Shown here in pieces: positions 1 to 12,341 of a stretch of 64,000 bases of DNA. The stretch lies in NCBI RefSeq assembly GCF_009914755.1, contig NC_060946.1; one strand, given 5' to 3'. The notes below the pieces were generated by a model. It saw nothing but the letters and a program-made list of their open reading frames with translations. It ran no database searches and was not told the DNA's origin. Made by a program: the position numbers and the translations under genes. Numbering within the stretch: position 1 is the stretch's first letter; every line of letters begins with the position of its first letter. Source of the stretch: the human T2T-CHM13v2.0 reference genome, Homo sapiens.

Positions 1-3000
1 CAGAACAAGGACCCAGTGGACAGAATGAGGCAGCCAAATACTCAACCCAACATGATACATAGGGAACACATTTTTCAAAACACCAAAAAGACACAATGGG
101 AAAGGGAGAGTCTGGTTCAAGAAGTGATTTTGAGAAAACTGAATATGCACATGCAAAACACTGAAATAAGACCTTTGCATTGCACGATACACAAAATCAA
201 CACAAAATAAATTAAAGACCTAAACTCAATCTTGAAACTGCAAAGGTCTTATAAGAAAACATAGGTTGGGTGTATATTTTAGGAAGCCTGTATCTATGCA
301 CACAGGCTGCAAAAGGTGAAAAATAATCATAACACTAAAGGGAAAATTAGGGGAACTACATGCACAGACAATGCAATGGCTTGGCTATATATGTGTGTGT
401 GTATGTGTGTGTGTTTTGTAGGGTGGAGGTTTGGATACAAAAATTACAGCTAACATGCAAATATAAACAAAGACACTAGTGACACTTTAGAACTTCTACA
501 GGGGGAAAGAAACAATGAAATAAACAAACAAACAAAATGCATCCTAAAGACTAGGAGAGAATTATGGAAAGTCCTACCTCTGAAAGAGATTGTTATCTAA
601 CACCTACAATAAACTCACTCTACTAAATGAAAAACAACAAAAACAACAACAACAAATACCCAAGCTAAGAGGATCTGAATAGACATGTGTGTAAAGAAGA
701 CAGGAAATTGACTCACAGGTTAACAGTTTCTCAATATCACTAATCCTCACAAAAAAGTGAATCAAAACCATACTCAGGTACCATATAATTCCAGTTAAAA
801 TGAATATTGCAAAAGATAAAAATAAAAATTGTTGGAGGTGATGGCTGGTGTAGAATTGCAGGAAGGAAAACTCTTGTACGCTCTTTGTGGGAATGTAAAT
901 TAGTATACACACTATGCAAAACTGTTGGAGGTTCCTTAAAAAAGTAAAAGGTCAAAGTACAACCACCACTCCAGGTTAACAATCCCACCACTGGGTACAC
1001 ATTTAGAGGAAACAAAATCCCTGCATTGAAGAGGTATCTGCCTTCCCATGTGTCCTGAAGCACTAGTCACAATAGTCAAGATATGGAATCAACCTAACTG
1101 TCCATCCACAGATGAAGAGATAAAGGAACTGGATATATACATGATGGAAAGCATTTCAGCCATAACAGTTTGGGAAATCATTGATCTGCAGCCATGTGGA
1201 GAAACCTGGAAGACAATTAGGGGAAATGAAATGAGCCTGTTAGAGAGAGACCCATACTGCATGACATTAGGCAAATGGAATCCAAAAAACACTGTCTTCT
1301 AGAAGCAGAACTTTCAATAGGGGTTACTAGAAGCTGGAGAGAGGAGGGGGCCTGGGCAGGGATTGGTAATGGGTACAGAGTAACACTCAGAGGAGAGGAA
1401 TCCATTCTGATGTTCTATTCCACAGCAGGGTGACCAGGGTCAACAATGTCTAGGGGAATTTTTCAAAAACAGCTGGAAAGGATGGTTCTGAATGTTCTCT
1501 CCACAGGGAAATAATAAGAAGCCAGACACCATGATTTGATCATGACACTACGTATACATATATCAAAATGTCCCTTGCACCCTCTGGTTATATACATACA
1601 CTCTATAGTAATGAAACTGCCATCAAATGTTGGTAGTATTCATTCTAACTGGAGTGACATAGAATCTGAGTGTGGTTTTCAATCATGTTTTGGTGTGAAT
1701 CGGCCATGTTGATAATCTTATCTTTTACCTGTGCATCAACCTCATGTCTTCAGGTCCTCTGCCCACTTTTACACATCAAATTCAAAACAAATTAACAATA
1801 ACATGGCAAATATAACTAATCACACACACACAGAAAATGAAAACCACCACTCAGATTCCATCTCACTCTAGATGGAATGGATACTACAAAAAAAAAGTTG
1901 AAAAATATTAAAAGACAAAAAAACGATGGTGTGGATTTCCAGAGGGGGAACTTGTCTCCGCAGTTCGTAGGAACATAAACTAGTACACACACTAAAGAAA
2001 CCACTTGGAGGTCCCTCCAAACCTTAAAACCACAACTACCATTTCATCCAGCAATCTACTACTAGTCGTATATACAGAGTACATGAAATCAAGCCATGGA
2101 AGAGATTATCTGCGTTCCCAGGTGGAATCCAGCACTATGCAGAATGGCCAAGATGAGAAATCAGCCGACCTGTCCATCTGCAGATGAAGGGATAAGGAAA
2201 CTGTCCCATGCGTAGACACTGGAATACTCTTCAGCCAGAAAAATACAATGAATTCCCATCACGGGAGCCACACGGTTGCACCTGGAGGACATGATGGTAA
2301 ATGAAATGAGCCAGGCAGAGACAGACAAACTTTGCATCCTCTCACTCATGCAGAAGCTGAGAAACTTTATCTCAAAGACCTAGAAAGCATAATCATGGTT
2401 ACCAGAGGTTGGGGGGAAGAAGGGGAAGGGGCAAGGATTGGAAAGGGGTAGAAAGTTCCACACAGATGAGAGGAAGGAAATTCTGTTTTTCTATTCCACA
2501 GCAGGGTGACTAGGGTTAATAGCATCATTACATCTTCAAAACAGCTTGAAAGGAGGATACTGAAGCTTCTCGCCACAAAAGAATAAACAGTGGTACGAAA
2601 TAACAGAAAAAATAAATACCCTGATTTCGTCATTCCACAATGTATGCAAAGACCAAAATGTCGCACTCTACCCTCTCATTGCATTCCTTTACTATTCAGC
2701 AAATTTGTTTAAAGAAATATAAATACATGATGCTAGAATTCACATGGGACCATGAATCACCCTGAATTTCTTCCAAAGCAATCCTGAGACATTCAGACTA
2801 CATCAGATGCATCTCACCCACCGATTTCAAATTTCATGGAAAAACTGGGTACCTGCTTCCACACAGAGCAGTGGAACACAAGAGAGGGCCCAGAAGTAAA
2901 CTCACACACCAAAAACCATCTGATCCTTGACAGAATCCACAACAATAAGCAAGGGGGAAAGGATGCCCTATTCAAACAATGGTGCTGGGATAAGTGGTTA

Positions 3001-4227
3001 GCCATATGCGGAAGAGTAACACTGGGCCCCGACCTCTAACCAGACACAAAAAGAAACTCCAGATGAATGAAAGATTTAAATGGAAGACCTCAAACTATTA
3101 AAATCCTGCAAGAAAACATACAAAATACCTTTCTCCACACAGGTTTTGGCAAAGAATCTATTTGGCTATGTCCCCAAAGGAAATGACAACAAAAATGGAC
3201 AAGCCATGCTTAATACTCTAAAGAGCCACCACACAGCAAAATAAATTAGCAACAGAGTAAGAGACAGCATACAGAGTGGGAGAACATGTTCCCAAACTGC
3301 ATCTGATCAAGGTCTAATATCCAGAATCTTCAAGGATCTTATGCCAATCATTCAACAAAAAACAACAAAAAAATCCCATTAGTGTATGGGCAAGGGATGT
3401 GAACACACACTTCTCATAGGACAATGTGCAAGTGACCAACAAAGAGGGAAACATGCTCAAACTCACTCATCAACAGAGAAATGCCAATCAAGAGCAGGTC
3501 GAGATACCATCCCACACCACTCAGAGCGGCGATGACTATGCAGACAAAGAAAGAAAGAAAGATACTGGCGAGGCAGCTGAGGAGAGGAAAGGCTGATATG
3601 GTCTTGGTGGGGGAAGCAAGCTAGTACAGACACTGTGGAAAGAAGTTTGGAGATTTCTCAAAGAACTTAGAACTACCATCCAACCCCACAATCCCTCTCC
3701 TGAAGATCTACCCAAGGAAAATATATCCTTCTATCCAAAAGACACAGGCACTTGTATGCTCACGGCCGTGTTATTCACAATGGTAAAGAAACGGAATCAA
3801 CCTAGGCATCCATCAACAGTGGATAAGATAAAGAAAATATGGTATGTATACACCACAAAACACTACACAGCCCCCAAAAATCACATTTTTGGCAGCAACA
3901 TGGATGGAGCTGCAGGTCATTATCCTAAGTGAACTCAAGGCCAGAACAGAAATCCAAATGCCACACATTCTCACTTATAAGTGGGAACTAAACTATGAAT
4001 GCACCTGAACGTAAAGAAGGGAATGATTACATTAGGAATAACTACCAGACCAAAAAGAAAATGCAAATGGGAGGGAGGGGGCGTTGCGTCCTGAAGACCC
4101 ACCTTGTGCGTCCTCTGCTCACTGCCCGGGTCATGGAGTTGTTGGGAGCCCAAGCCTCAGTATTATGCAACCAACAGATATAATTAACCTGTGTGTGTAC
4201 TCTTTCATCTATAATAAAAGTAGAAAC

Positions 4228-4267
<40 letters not shown>

Positions 4268-5110
4268 AGAAGCTTAAGAGCTACATAAACAAAAAAATAA
4301 GTAAAATCTATAGTTATCCAAACAATCCCTCACTGGCAAACACACAGAAACACTAACCTATGGACAAAATGAGAAAGCCAAAAATGCAGCCCAAAATTAC
4401 ATATGGTGAATGCATTTTTCAAGAGAACACCAAATATCACAACAGTGAAGAGAGAAGTCTGCTAATTGTCTTTGAGTAAAATGAATTTCTACCTGCAAAA
4501 CACTGAAATGGATCCTCATGTTACATAAGACAAAAAAATCAATGCAAAATACAGTAAAGATCTCCACCCAAAACTGAAAACACAGGGTGTTTTCACACCC
4601 TAGAAGAAAACACAGGGTGAGCGTTTACTTCAGTGAAACTTTAATCTATGTACACAGATTGCCAAAAGGAAAGAAAACAAAAGGGAAAAGTAGGAGGAAG
4701 AAACCCACAGACAATGCGATCTTTTTTCCTTTTTTTTTGTGACGGGACACCAAAGTCACCACATGCACATGCAAATAGAAACACGCAGGACTATGGAAAG
4801 CTTTAGAGATGTTCCACAGGAATGAAACCAATGAACCGAAAGAGAAGGTGTCCTACAGATTTGGAGACAGATCTGAAAAACTGTATCTCTGAAAGCGGTT
4901 GTTATCTAACATGTCCAAGAAACTAACACCACTGTGTTTGGAAGCAACAACAACAACAAAAAAGACAAAACAAAACAAAAACACAACAACACATATGCTG
5001 AAGCAAAACTGGGCAAAGGCCCTTAATAGACATTTCTGAAAAGATGACATGAATTGACTAATGAGTCAAAAAGAAGTTGCTCAACTTTATCATTTCTCCC
5101 GCAAAGGTAA
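1..5110 (+). mobile_element. Mosaic of old L1 ORF2/3'-end fragments
   Basis: IWNQPNCPSTDE; KQGGKDALFKQWCWDKWLAIC; CACATTCTCACTTATAAGTGGGAACTAAAC. The same L1 3' segments occur more than once. Confidence 0.85.
4233..4265. repeat. (CA)n microsatellite
   Basis: ~16 CA units. Confidence 0.95.
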
Positions 5111-5119
5111 GTCCAAACC

Positions 5120-5200
5120 ACAGATTCTCTGGGATTCTGGAGAATGTGAATTCTGACTCAGTAGGTCTGGAGTGAGCCTGAGATTCTGCGTTTCTAAAAG
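5120..5200. mobile_element. MER5A-like DNA transposon fragment
   Basis: TTCTGACTCAGTAGGTCTGGAGTGAGCCTGAGATTCTGCGTTTCTAA. Confidence 0.65.
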
Positions 5201-5297
5201 GTTCATTTCCCCACAAATCCACATTATGTGTATTAATATTACCAAGTAAATAAGAAAGGTCAAAAATAAAATGGCAAGCCATTAGTAGATAACCTTA

Positions 5298-5690
5298 GTC
5301 TTCCTCCTCATCCTCCTCCTCCACTGCATGGGTTAGGATGGTCCCCAGCATCCTGATCCCCCAGGTCACTGACATCAGCTCCCAAACTCATGCCAGGAAT
5401 GTCCTTCCCTCTTCTTCCTTCAGGCCATAATGGGTATCTATTTTTCCAGCATCTTTCTCCCAATCTGTGCTGATTTAGCCACCCTCTGTATCTGCCTCCC
5501 TGGGACAAAGGGTCAAACTCACCAGCACTCTGAGCAAGAGCTACAGCAGCTGCCACATAGACTATCCCCAGCAGAGCTCAGTGATGGACACCAGGTTCAC
5601 AATGCCAGTGGGCAGTGGTGCTGTTTACTGCATCCAGTGGGGATGGAGTGGTTGTCCAGGCACAGACAGATGGACAATCACACAGCAGGA
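5298..5690 (+). pseudogene. Decayed V-lambda relic, IGLV9/IGLV4-like
   Basis: Leader tail LLILLLHCM + GT donor at 5332; acceptor TTCCAG at 5449; SFSQSVLI*PPSVSASLGQRVKLTSTLSKSYSSCHIDYPQQSSVMDTRFTMPVGSG resembles IGLV9 ([51 protein letters not shown]). Stop in FR1, Cys and Trp lost, no RSS seen. Confidence 0.75.
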
Positions 5691-6188
5691 ACAAATGTAC
5701 ATTCTGAAATTTAACAAAGACAGAATAAGGGACTCTTGGGGAATAGAGGTCTCAATTGCAGACATAGTGAGTGCCTCAAAAATTAGAGAACTGGGGCCAT
5801 CTCTGTCATGGCCCGGATTCCTCTCTCCTTCATCCTCCTCAGTCATCAAAGAGATTCCATTAGGGGGCAATCAAAGGATGCTGGGGCCTGCTACTAGCTC
5901 CCAAAAAACACCACAAGCATTTCAGCAGGGAGAAAAGAAAATGCTCACAAGGATGGGGTTAGATTTAGTTATAAACCAGATTGTGTGGCAGGAGGGAGGA
6001 CATATCCCCCATCCTTTGGCCACTCCAAAATTGGGAGAGCTAATCTGGGGAAAGGCACCAACACCTATTCATTAGTGTCTCGGTCCTGTGTGATCATGGG
6101 TCTGTGTGAGTTCTCAGCAGCTGCCTCTCTCAAGGTCTCCCCACAGGACAGCAGGGTGAAACCTGGGGCAGGAAGAGAGGGGAAGCTG

Positions 6189-6196
6189 ATTTGCAT
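6189..6196 (+). promoter_or_regulatory. Ig promoter octamer ATTTGCAT of IGLV8-61
   Basis: Exact octamer ~100 bp upstream of the ATG, the canonical V-light promoter position. Confidence 0.93.
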
Positions 6197-6291
6197 AAAG
6201 AACTTTTTTTATCCTATTGGGTCTGGGGAGGCATGAAAAGGCCCTGAGGAAAACAAACCCCAGCTGGGAAGCCTGAGAACACTTAGCCTTC

Positions 6292-6758
6292 ATGAGTGTC
6301 CCCACCATGGCCTGGATGATGCTTCTCCTCGGACTCCTTGCTTATGGATCAGGTCAGGGGAAGGGACTCTATCCCTGGGGGACCACAGAAAACAGGGTCC
6401 AGGTTACTCTCATCCTCATGATCATAACTGTGTCTCTCCTGTTCGTTTTAGGAGTGGATTCTCAGACTGTGGTGACCCAGGAGCCATCGTTCTCAGTGTC
6501 CCCTGGAGGGACAGTCACACTCACTTGTGGCTTGAGCTCTGGCTCAGTCTCTACTAGTTACTACCCCAGCTGGTACCAGCAGACCCCAGGCCAGGCTCCA
6601 CGCACGCTCATCTACAGCACAAACACTCGCTCTTCTGGGGTCCCTGATCGCTTCTCTGGCTCCATCCTTGGGAACAAAGCTGCCCTCACCATCACGGGGG
6701 CCCAGGCAGATGATGAATCTGATTATTACTGTGTGCTGTATATGGGTAGTGGCATTTC
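6292..6758 (+). CDS. IGLV8-61: Immunoglobulin lambda variable segment 8-61, germline and unrearranged (L-part1 6292-6352, intron 6353-6451, L-part2/V 6452-6758)
   Basis: Leader [21 protein letters not shown]; GT..AG intron; V exon [98 protein letters not shown] with conserved Cys/Trp/Cys and no stops; matches recalled IGLV8-61. Confidence 0.97.
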
Positions 6759-6797
6759 CACAGTGATTTAAACCTATGAGGAAGTGCAACTAAAACC
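6759..6797 (+). other. 23-bp-spacer recombination signal sequence of IGLV8-61
   Basis: CACAGTG (6759-6765) + 23 nt + ACTAAAACC (6789-6797). Confidence 0.96.
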
Positions 6798-7515
6798 TCT
6801 TTATATACTGAGAACAGTTCAGCCCTTACAGACAGGAGGGAAAGTGAGAGGGTGGAAATGGTCAACACGGTGAGTGAGGAGTCTCCTCGCCCCAGTCTCT
6901 GACGCAGGGGTTCACTGCCAGGTGCCTCACCCAGTCTCTCCCCGGGTGTGTCCACCTTCCCAGTGTGGCTTTTCCATGGCTGTGCTTCGTCTCCACTGAG
7001 AATAATGTGGAGGGAGAATTATCTACAAAATATATAAGCTCACAGTGAGTCACAGACACCCCAGTGCTCCAGGAAGACGCTTCTTATTCAAAGAGAATTA
7101 ACAGGCATATGCTCACTCATTAATTTGACCATGGAGGCTGACTGAATATTTTATTTATCACTGAAGTGGGAGCATTTTCAAGGGGCTTGTTAAAAATGTA
7201 ATTCTCTAACCTAAACCTACTAAGTCAGAAACTTGTGTTGGTGACAGATAGCCTGTATTTAACAAGCTGTACATGAGATTTTTATTAGCGTTAATGTTTG
7301 GGAAGAACCTACTTTTATTATCATAAAATTATTCATAAGGATCTCCATTTATAATGATGTCAGGTTAATATTCCATAATCCTACTCTCCTAAATTCCCAT
7401 TCAAAGCCCCCAAATACTCAGAAACAGATTTTAAATCTCAAGCCATAGCAAAAATTATAACTTGATTTATGCAGACAGAGTAGGGAGGAATTTCTAAAAC
7501 CGTAAGTTCCTAGGT

Positions 7516-7648
7516 GCCAGGTGTGCTGACTCATGCTTATAATCACAATACTTTGGGAGGTTGAGACAAGAGGACTGCTTCAAGCCAGGAGATTGAGACC
7601 AGTGTCTTCCACATAGCGAGAGTCTATCACCACGAAAGAAAAAAAAAA
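7516..7648 (+). mobile_element. FLAM / free left Alu monomer
   Basis: Diverged Alu left arm followed directly by an A-tail. Confidence 0.8.
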
Positions 7649-9171
7649 GATATAAGTCCCTTCAGGAATTTCCAAAAACTTGTTTCCTTAGGGTATATTT
7701 AGTGGTCCATATGAACATCTGTTACTGAAAACCATCCCGTAGAGGACTGGCTTCCAGAATCCCTTCTCCCTCCCACTGAGCTCACCTACCTGTGGCTCTG
7801 GCTCTCAGGGTCTTTATAGGACACAGGGCTCAGCCTCTTATCACCGATTGTTCCACAGGATCATGGTTCCACTGAGATCCTCTCAGCATAGATACGTACC
7901 TGTCCTGAACAGTGTCTTTTAACATAATGTTGGCAAGATGGGAAGGACTAAGGGGTGACGGAGCCTTGGAGCCACCAGAAGATGGCAGTAACCTCACTGC
8001 TGAGCTTTGCTAGGCCAGACTCAGGCTCCCACCCTCCTCCCTTCCTCTGACTCTTTCTTCTGGCCACCCGGGGTCCAGGAGCTTTTTCCACTCAATCTGG
8101 GCTCAGGGGTCACCTCAGAGAACCTCTCAAGACAAAGGAGGTGCTTCAGGGGATCTAACACAAGTGAGGGCAGATTTTAAGACTGTCCATGCACAGAAAA
8201 TCCTGTGAAAAGAAACAAACCAGCCCTACTTGTGTCTGCGCACCTGAGTCCTTAGGACTGTTTTCTCCTGATCTCCTGGCTGAGTAAAGATTGCAAATGT
8301 GCGGTTCATTATCCAGATCCAGAGAAATCCATGAGAGTTTATGAAGACAAAGACGACAACTACCCTATCTACTTGTCACACAATGAAGACACTGGCCTTA
8401 GATCTGTCAGTGCCCTGGAACATTCTGGAAGAAGAGGGTGAAGGTTACTTGGCATACGTTGGGACTCAAACATGAGGATCTCATGATGACCCAGAGGGAT
8501 AAAGGTGGGATCAGTTGTGAGGGTGGAAAATGTGGATTTCTTAAGGCCATTTTGTTAATCCTTTTCTCATTGCAAAGGATTTAAACTGAAATGAACACGA
8601 TTTTTCTAATAAATGCTTATGAGGCTTTCCATTAAATTTAATCATATTTCCTGCCTTTATGAAAATAAATATAGAAATAAAATATACTTCCATAATGCAT
8701 TACTGATTGTGTATCTTTAAACTAGAGGGAACCATTACTTCTAAAGAAAAATTACTAGGATTGTTTGCATTTTAATCTGGGATCCTACATGATGGCTACA
8801 GATACAGCTGTTGTTCAAGGTTTTAGCCTGGAATCTCTGCCAATTCAATAACGGAGGCAATAAAAATAGACACTAGTATTATAAAGACAGAATTCATTTA
8901 TTTTGAAAGTTTTGAAAGCTATGAATATCTACCAAGAATAAAATAAATTGTACTGAAAATATATTAGAATGAATTAAAAAATGCCAAATTCACAACTAAT
9001 AAAATTTATTATAAAGTTAAAAATTCTTATATTTTTCTGTCTCAGTATAAAAAATAAACATTTAATGTATCTATTAGAAAATAATTAGCAATTTTGTAAA
9101 TGATATCAAAGAAAATTTGAACAAATGGTGAAATATTTTCTTATCTGCGGACACCAAATTAAAAAAATTCA

Positions 9172-9750
9172 GGCCAGGTGCAGTGGCTCACACCTGTAAT
9201 CCCAACTACTTTGGGAGGCCAAGGCAGGAGGATCTCTTGATCCAAGGAGTTTAAGACCAGCCTGGGCAGGGACGGGTGCAGTGGCTCATGCCTGTAATCC
9301 CAGCATTTTGGGAGGCTGAGACGGCAGATCATGAGGTCAAGAGATCAAGACCATCCTGGCCAACATGGTGAAACCCTGTCTCTACTAAAAATACAAAAAT
9401 TAGCTGTACATGGTGACGCATGCACTCCTGTAGTCCCAGCTACTTGGGAGGCTGAGGCAGGAGAATCACTTGAACCGGGGAGGCGGAGGTTGCAGTGAGC
9501 CAGATCGCACCACTGCACTCCAGCCTGGTGACAGAGCGAGACCCCATCTCAAAAAAAAATTAGCCAGGCATGGCTTCATGTGCCTATAGTCCTAGCTACT
9601 AGGGAGGCTGAGGTCGGAGGATTGCTTGAGCCTGGGAGGTCGAGGCTGCTGTGAACCGAGATTGTGCTACTGGACTCCAGCCTGGGTGACAAAGTGAGAC
9701 CCTGTCTCAAACAAACAAACAAACAAAAAACCAAAAAAACCCCAAAATAA
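9172..9750 (+). mobile_element. Nested Alus: AluS (~9270-9558) within an AluJ-type element
   Basis: Left arm, then a full Alu, then a right arm with a (CAAA)n tail. Confidence 0.85.
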
Positions 9751-10009
9751 AACAAAAATTCAACAGCATGTAGATTAGTAATGTTAGTGCTTTATTTTTA
9801 AAAATTATTGTTAACTTATATGGGTTTTCCTCTGAGAAGGTGCACTGGAAGGTGTCAGCAGAGCAGATAGCACAAACTCCTCAGATTTCAGAAGCAGGGG
9901 TTTATGGTAAATGAAAAATGCCAGTCACTTGTCAGCATGCACAGGTGGCTATGCCCGCCCTGTGTCAGGCTCTGTGTCAGTAGTAGGGTGCTCCATGCGT
10001 CCTTTTCAG

Positions 10010-10165
10010 AGTCCTACATGCCATCTATGCTCACTCAGCCAGGCCTGTCACCTGGAAGTAACAGGCAACTCCTCCTGCACTGGAATTAGCAGCAGAGTCA
10101 GGTGAATAATGTGGCCTGGCCACACCACCTCTCAGCAAATGTCCCCAGTGGTGATGCCCGATAGT
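10010..10165 (+). pseudogene. V-lambda relic, 5' part (IGLV1/2/10-like FR1-FR2)
   Basis: Acceptor CTTTTCAG at 10009, then SMLTQP..., SCTGISSRV, NNVAW with frameshifts, resembling QSALTQP...SCTGTSSDV...VSWYQQ. Confidence 0.65.
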
Positions 10166-10766
10166 TCCCAATCCTCCTTAAGTAATTAATTCACTTCAAT
10201 TGAATTAAAAAAATCAATCACTTCCCTATGACACACAAGGACATTCACTCTCTGGCTTTAACTATCCTTGCCTGCCTTGTTATTATCATTCCATGTGCCC
10301 AATACTGTCAAAAGATGTATTTTTGCCATACCCTCCACATGCATTTCATATGTGTGATTTTTATTTTCAAATTCTATATCTCTTCTAGGAATATGGTGTG
10401 TTTTATTTGTCCTGCTGCAGGACTCCCCTCTCCACTCAGATTAAATTATTAAATTCCAGATAAAAAATTAACTTGGAATACTGTTGAATCAATAGTAGAA
10501 GTAACCAAAATAATAAAGATATTTCAAAATGAAGATTGATTTTTAAAAGTAAAAATGTCACATACTCCACCTAGAAGATAAGAGACTGTACTACAAATTC
10601 ATTAGAACATCCCCTTCATGTCATGGGCCAGTCATGTCCCTGAACTTAACCTCTGTCTTCTCGGGTGATGTTACAGGCCAATGCAGCATCAGCTGCCCAC
10701 ACTCCTAGTGGTGGAATCTGGGAGCACAGGCAGGAGTCTGCGCCTGTGGCCTTGGCTGGGTGAAAG

Positions 10767-12341
10767 ATGACATTTCCAAGACTTCTTGCTTGGCAGCCAT
10801 CCTCACGTGCAGGTGGTCTGGCAGCAGCACTGCAAAACCCAGGCAAGGGATGCCCCACTGCAAGGCCCAGTGGTAACTGTGGTGGCCATTGGCATTGGGG
10901 GCAGATGCAGCCATGTGAGTTGGTGGGCTGTGGCAGCCACCCTAATGATGGTTTCCACCCCTCCCAGCTGGTGGTGGCTAAAACCACCCGGTAGGAGTTT
11001 CAAAAGCAGTGGCACCATTAAGCGGAGCTCCTGGAGGAGGACTGGAAGCAACTGCTTGCATTGAAGGAATGTAGCTATAGTGGAATTATTGAACCACATC
11101 ATATTTGCAAAGATGCAGAATGTATTACAGATTACGAGATATGGAAGTTGAGGTTAATCTGGTAGAGAGCAGTGAATATGAGGAGGAAGCTCTCTATTGG
11201 GCGGGTGCTATCATAGCTGCAGAAGGTGATGGTGCAATGCTTCTGCCAGTGAGTAAAGTCTTGTACAAACTTAAACCAGTTACGGGGTAAAATCTGATCC
11301 AGGACTACCTGAGGGTCACTTATGTTGGCCTGTTCAATACACACATTTCTTTCCAGGAGCCTTACCAAAGGTCTATAGTAGTGAGTTCAGTATGGAGGCA
11401 GTAATCAGATCATATCTGGAAGGAACTGGCATAAACTCCAATCCTGTGGGACATCATGGACAGCAACTAAATTCGAATCAACAGAGTAGAGCCCTTGACA
11501 TTGGACAAGTTCGTGGTGAAAGATCTGAGGCTTTAGGACTCCGACATTTGTGAATGACAGCACTAAATGAAGTCTTTACTGGTGAACGTCTATCCAGAAT
11601 ACCTTATGCTTGGGCTGTGGCAGTGGATAATTTAAGTAGACCCACTCTATTTATTTATTTATTTTGAGACGGAGTCTTGCTCTGTTGCCCAGGCTGGAGT
11701 GCAGTGGCGTGATCTAGGTTCACTGCAAGCTCCGCCTCCCAGGTTCACGCCATTCTCCTGCCTCAGCCTCCCAAGTAGGTGGGACTATAGGCACCCATCA
11801 CCACACCTGGCTAATTTTTTGTATTTTTAGTAGAGACAGGGTTTCACCGTGTTAGCCAGGATGGTCTCGATCTCCTGACCTGGTGATCCATCCGCCTTGG
11901 TCTCCCAAAGTGCTGGGATTACAGGTGTGAGCCTCTGCGCCTGGCTAAGTAGACCCACTCTAAAAGACTGGTTTCTTACTGTGAGATTTCAGTTGGTAAT
12001 GGTCCATGGGAAAAATGGAAGACTTCAGGGCTCAATTTGTGAACTGGAGCAAGATCAAAGGCAACAGGGTTGCAAGTCAGGCTGTGGAGCATGATTAAAA
12101 TATTGCAAATGACAAGGACGTTGGAGTCTTGCATTCAACTGTAAAATGACAGAATAACAAATAAATATAATGAATCATTGTTCTAGAGTCCAAAAAGGGC
12201 CAAAAGTAATTTTCAGTATTCAAGAACTAAAAAGCAAGCAGTTTTCTCGAGCACCCATGAGCATTGTTTCTCCTGAGAGATTTGTCCTCGTTTTCATTGC
12301 TGGAACACCTGCATGGTTGTAGATGGAGGAATGTCTTTTGA
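10767..12341 (+). pseudogene. Processed pseudogene of mitochondrial NAD kinase NADK2, 3'-truncated by L1 and interrupted by an Alu
   Basis: Frameshifted translation without introns: MTF..AGGLAAALQNPG..GQMQPCELVGCGSHPNDGFHPSQLVVAKTTR*EFQKQWHH*AELLEEDWKQLLALKECSYSGIIEPHHI; EVNLVESSEYEEEALYWAGAIIAAEGDGAMLLPVSKVLYKLKPV; VKSDPGLPEGHLCWPVQYTHFFPGALPK; YLEGTGINSNPV; TALNEVFTGERLS; SYCEISVGNGPWEKWKTSGLNL; CMVVDGG. Colinear with recalled NADK2 (VVVAKTTRYEFEQQRYRYAELSEEDLKQLLALKGSSYSG; AAGGDGTMLLAASKVLDRLKPV; RALNEVFIGESLS). Confidence 0.92.
11650..11946 (-). mobile_element. AluY-like element inside the NADK2 pseudogene
   Basis: Full Alu; TSD AAGTAGACCCACTCTA (11634-11649, 11947-11962). Confidence 0.92.

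Noticed and set aside
7800-8200. Possible further V relic after acceptor TTCCACAG (~7857)
   Set aside because: Could not recover convincing framework motifs or an RSS.
10767-12341. Endogenous non-retroviral virus element (RPTLKD resembles bornavirus G)
   Set aside because: The whole region is colinear with NADK2; the short match is coincidental.
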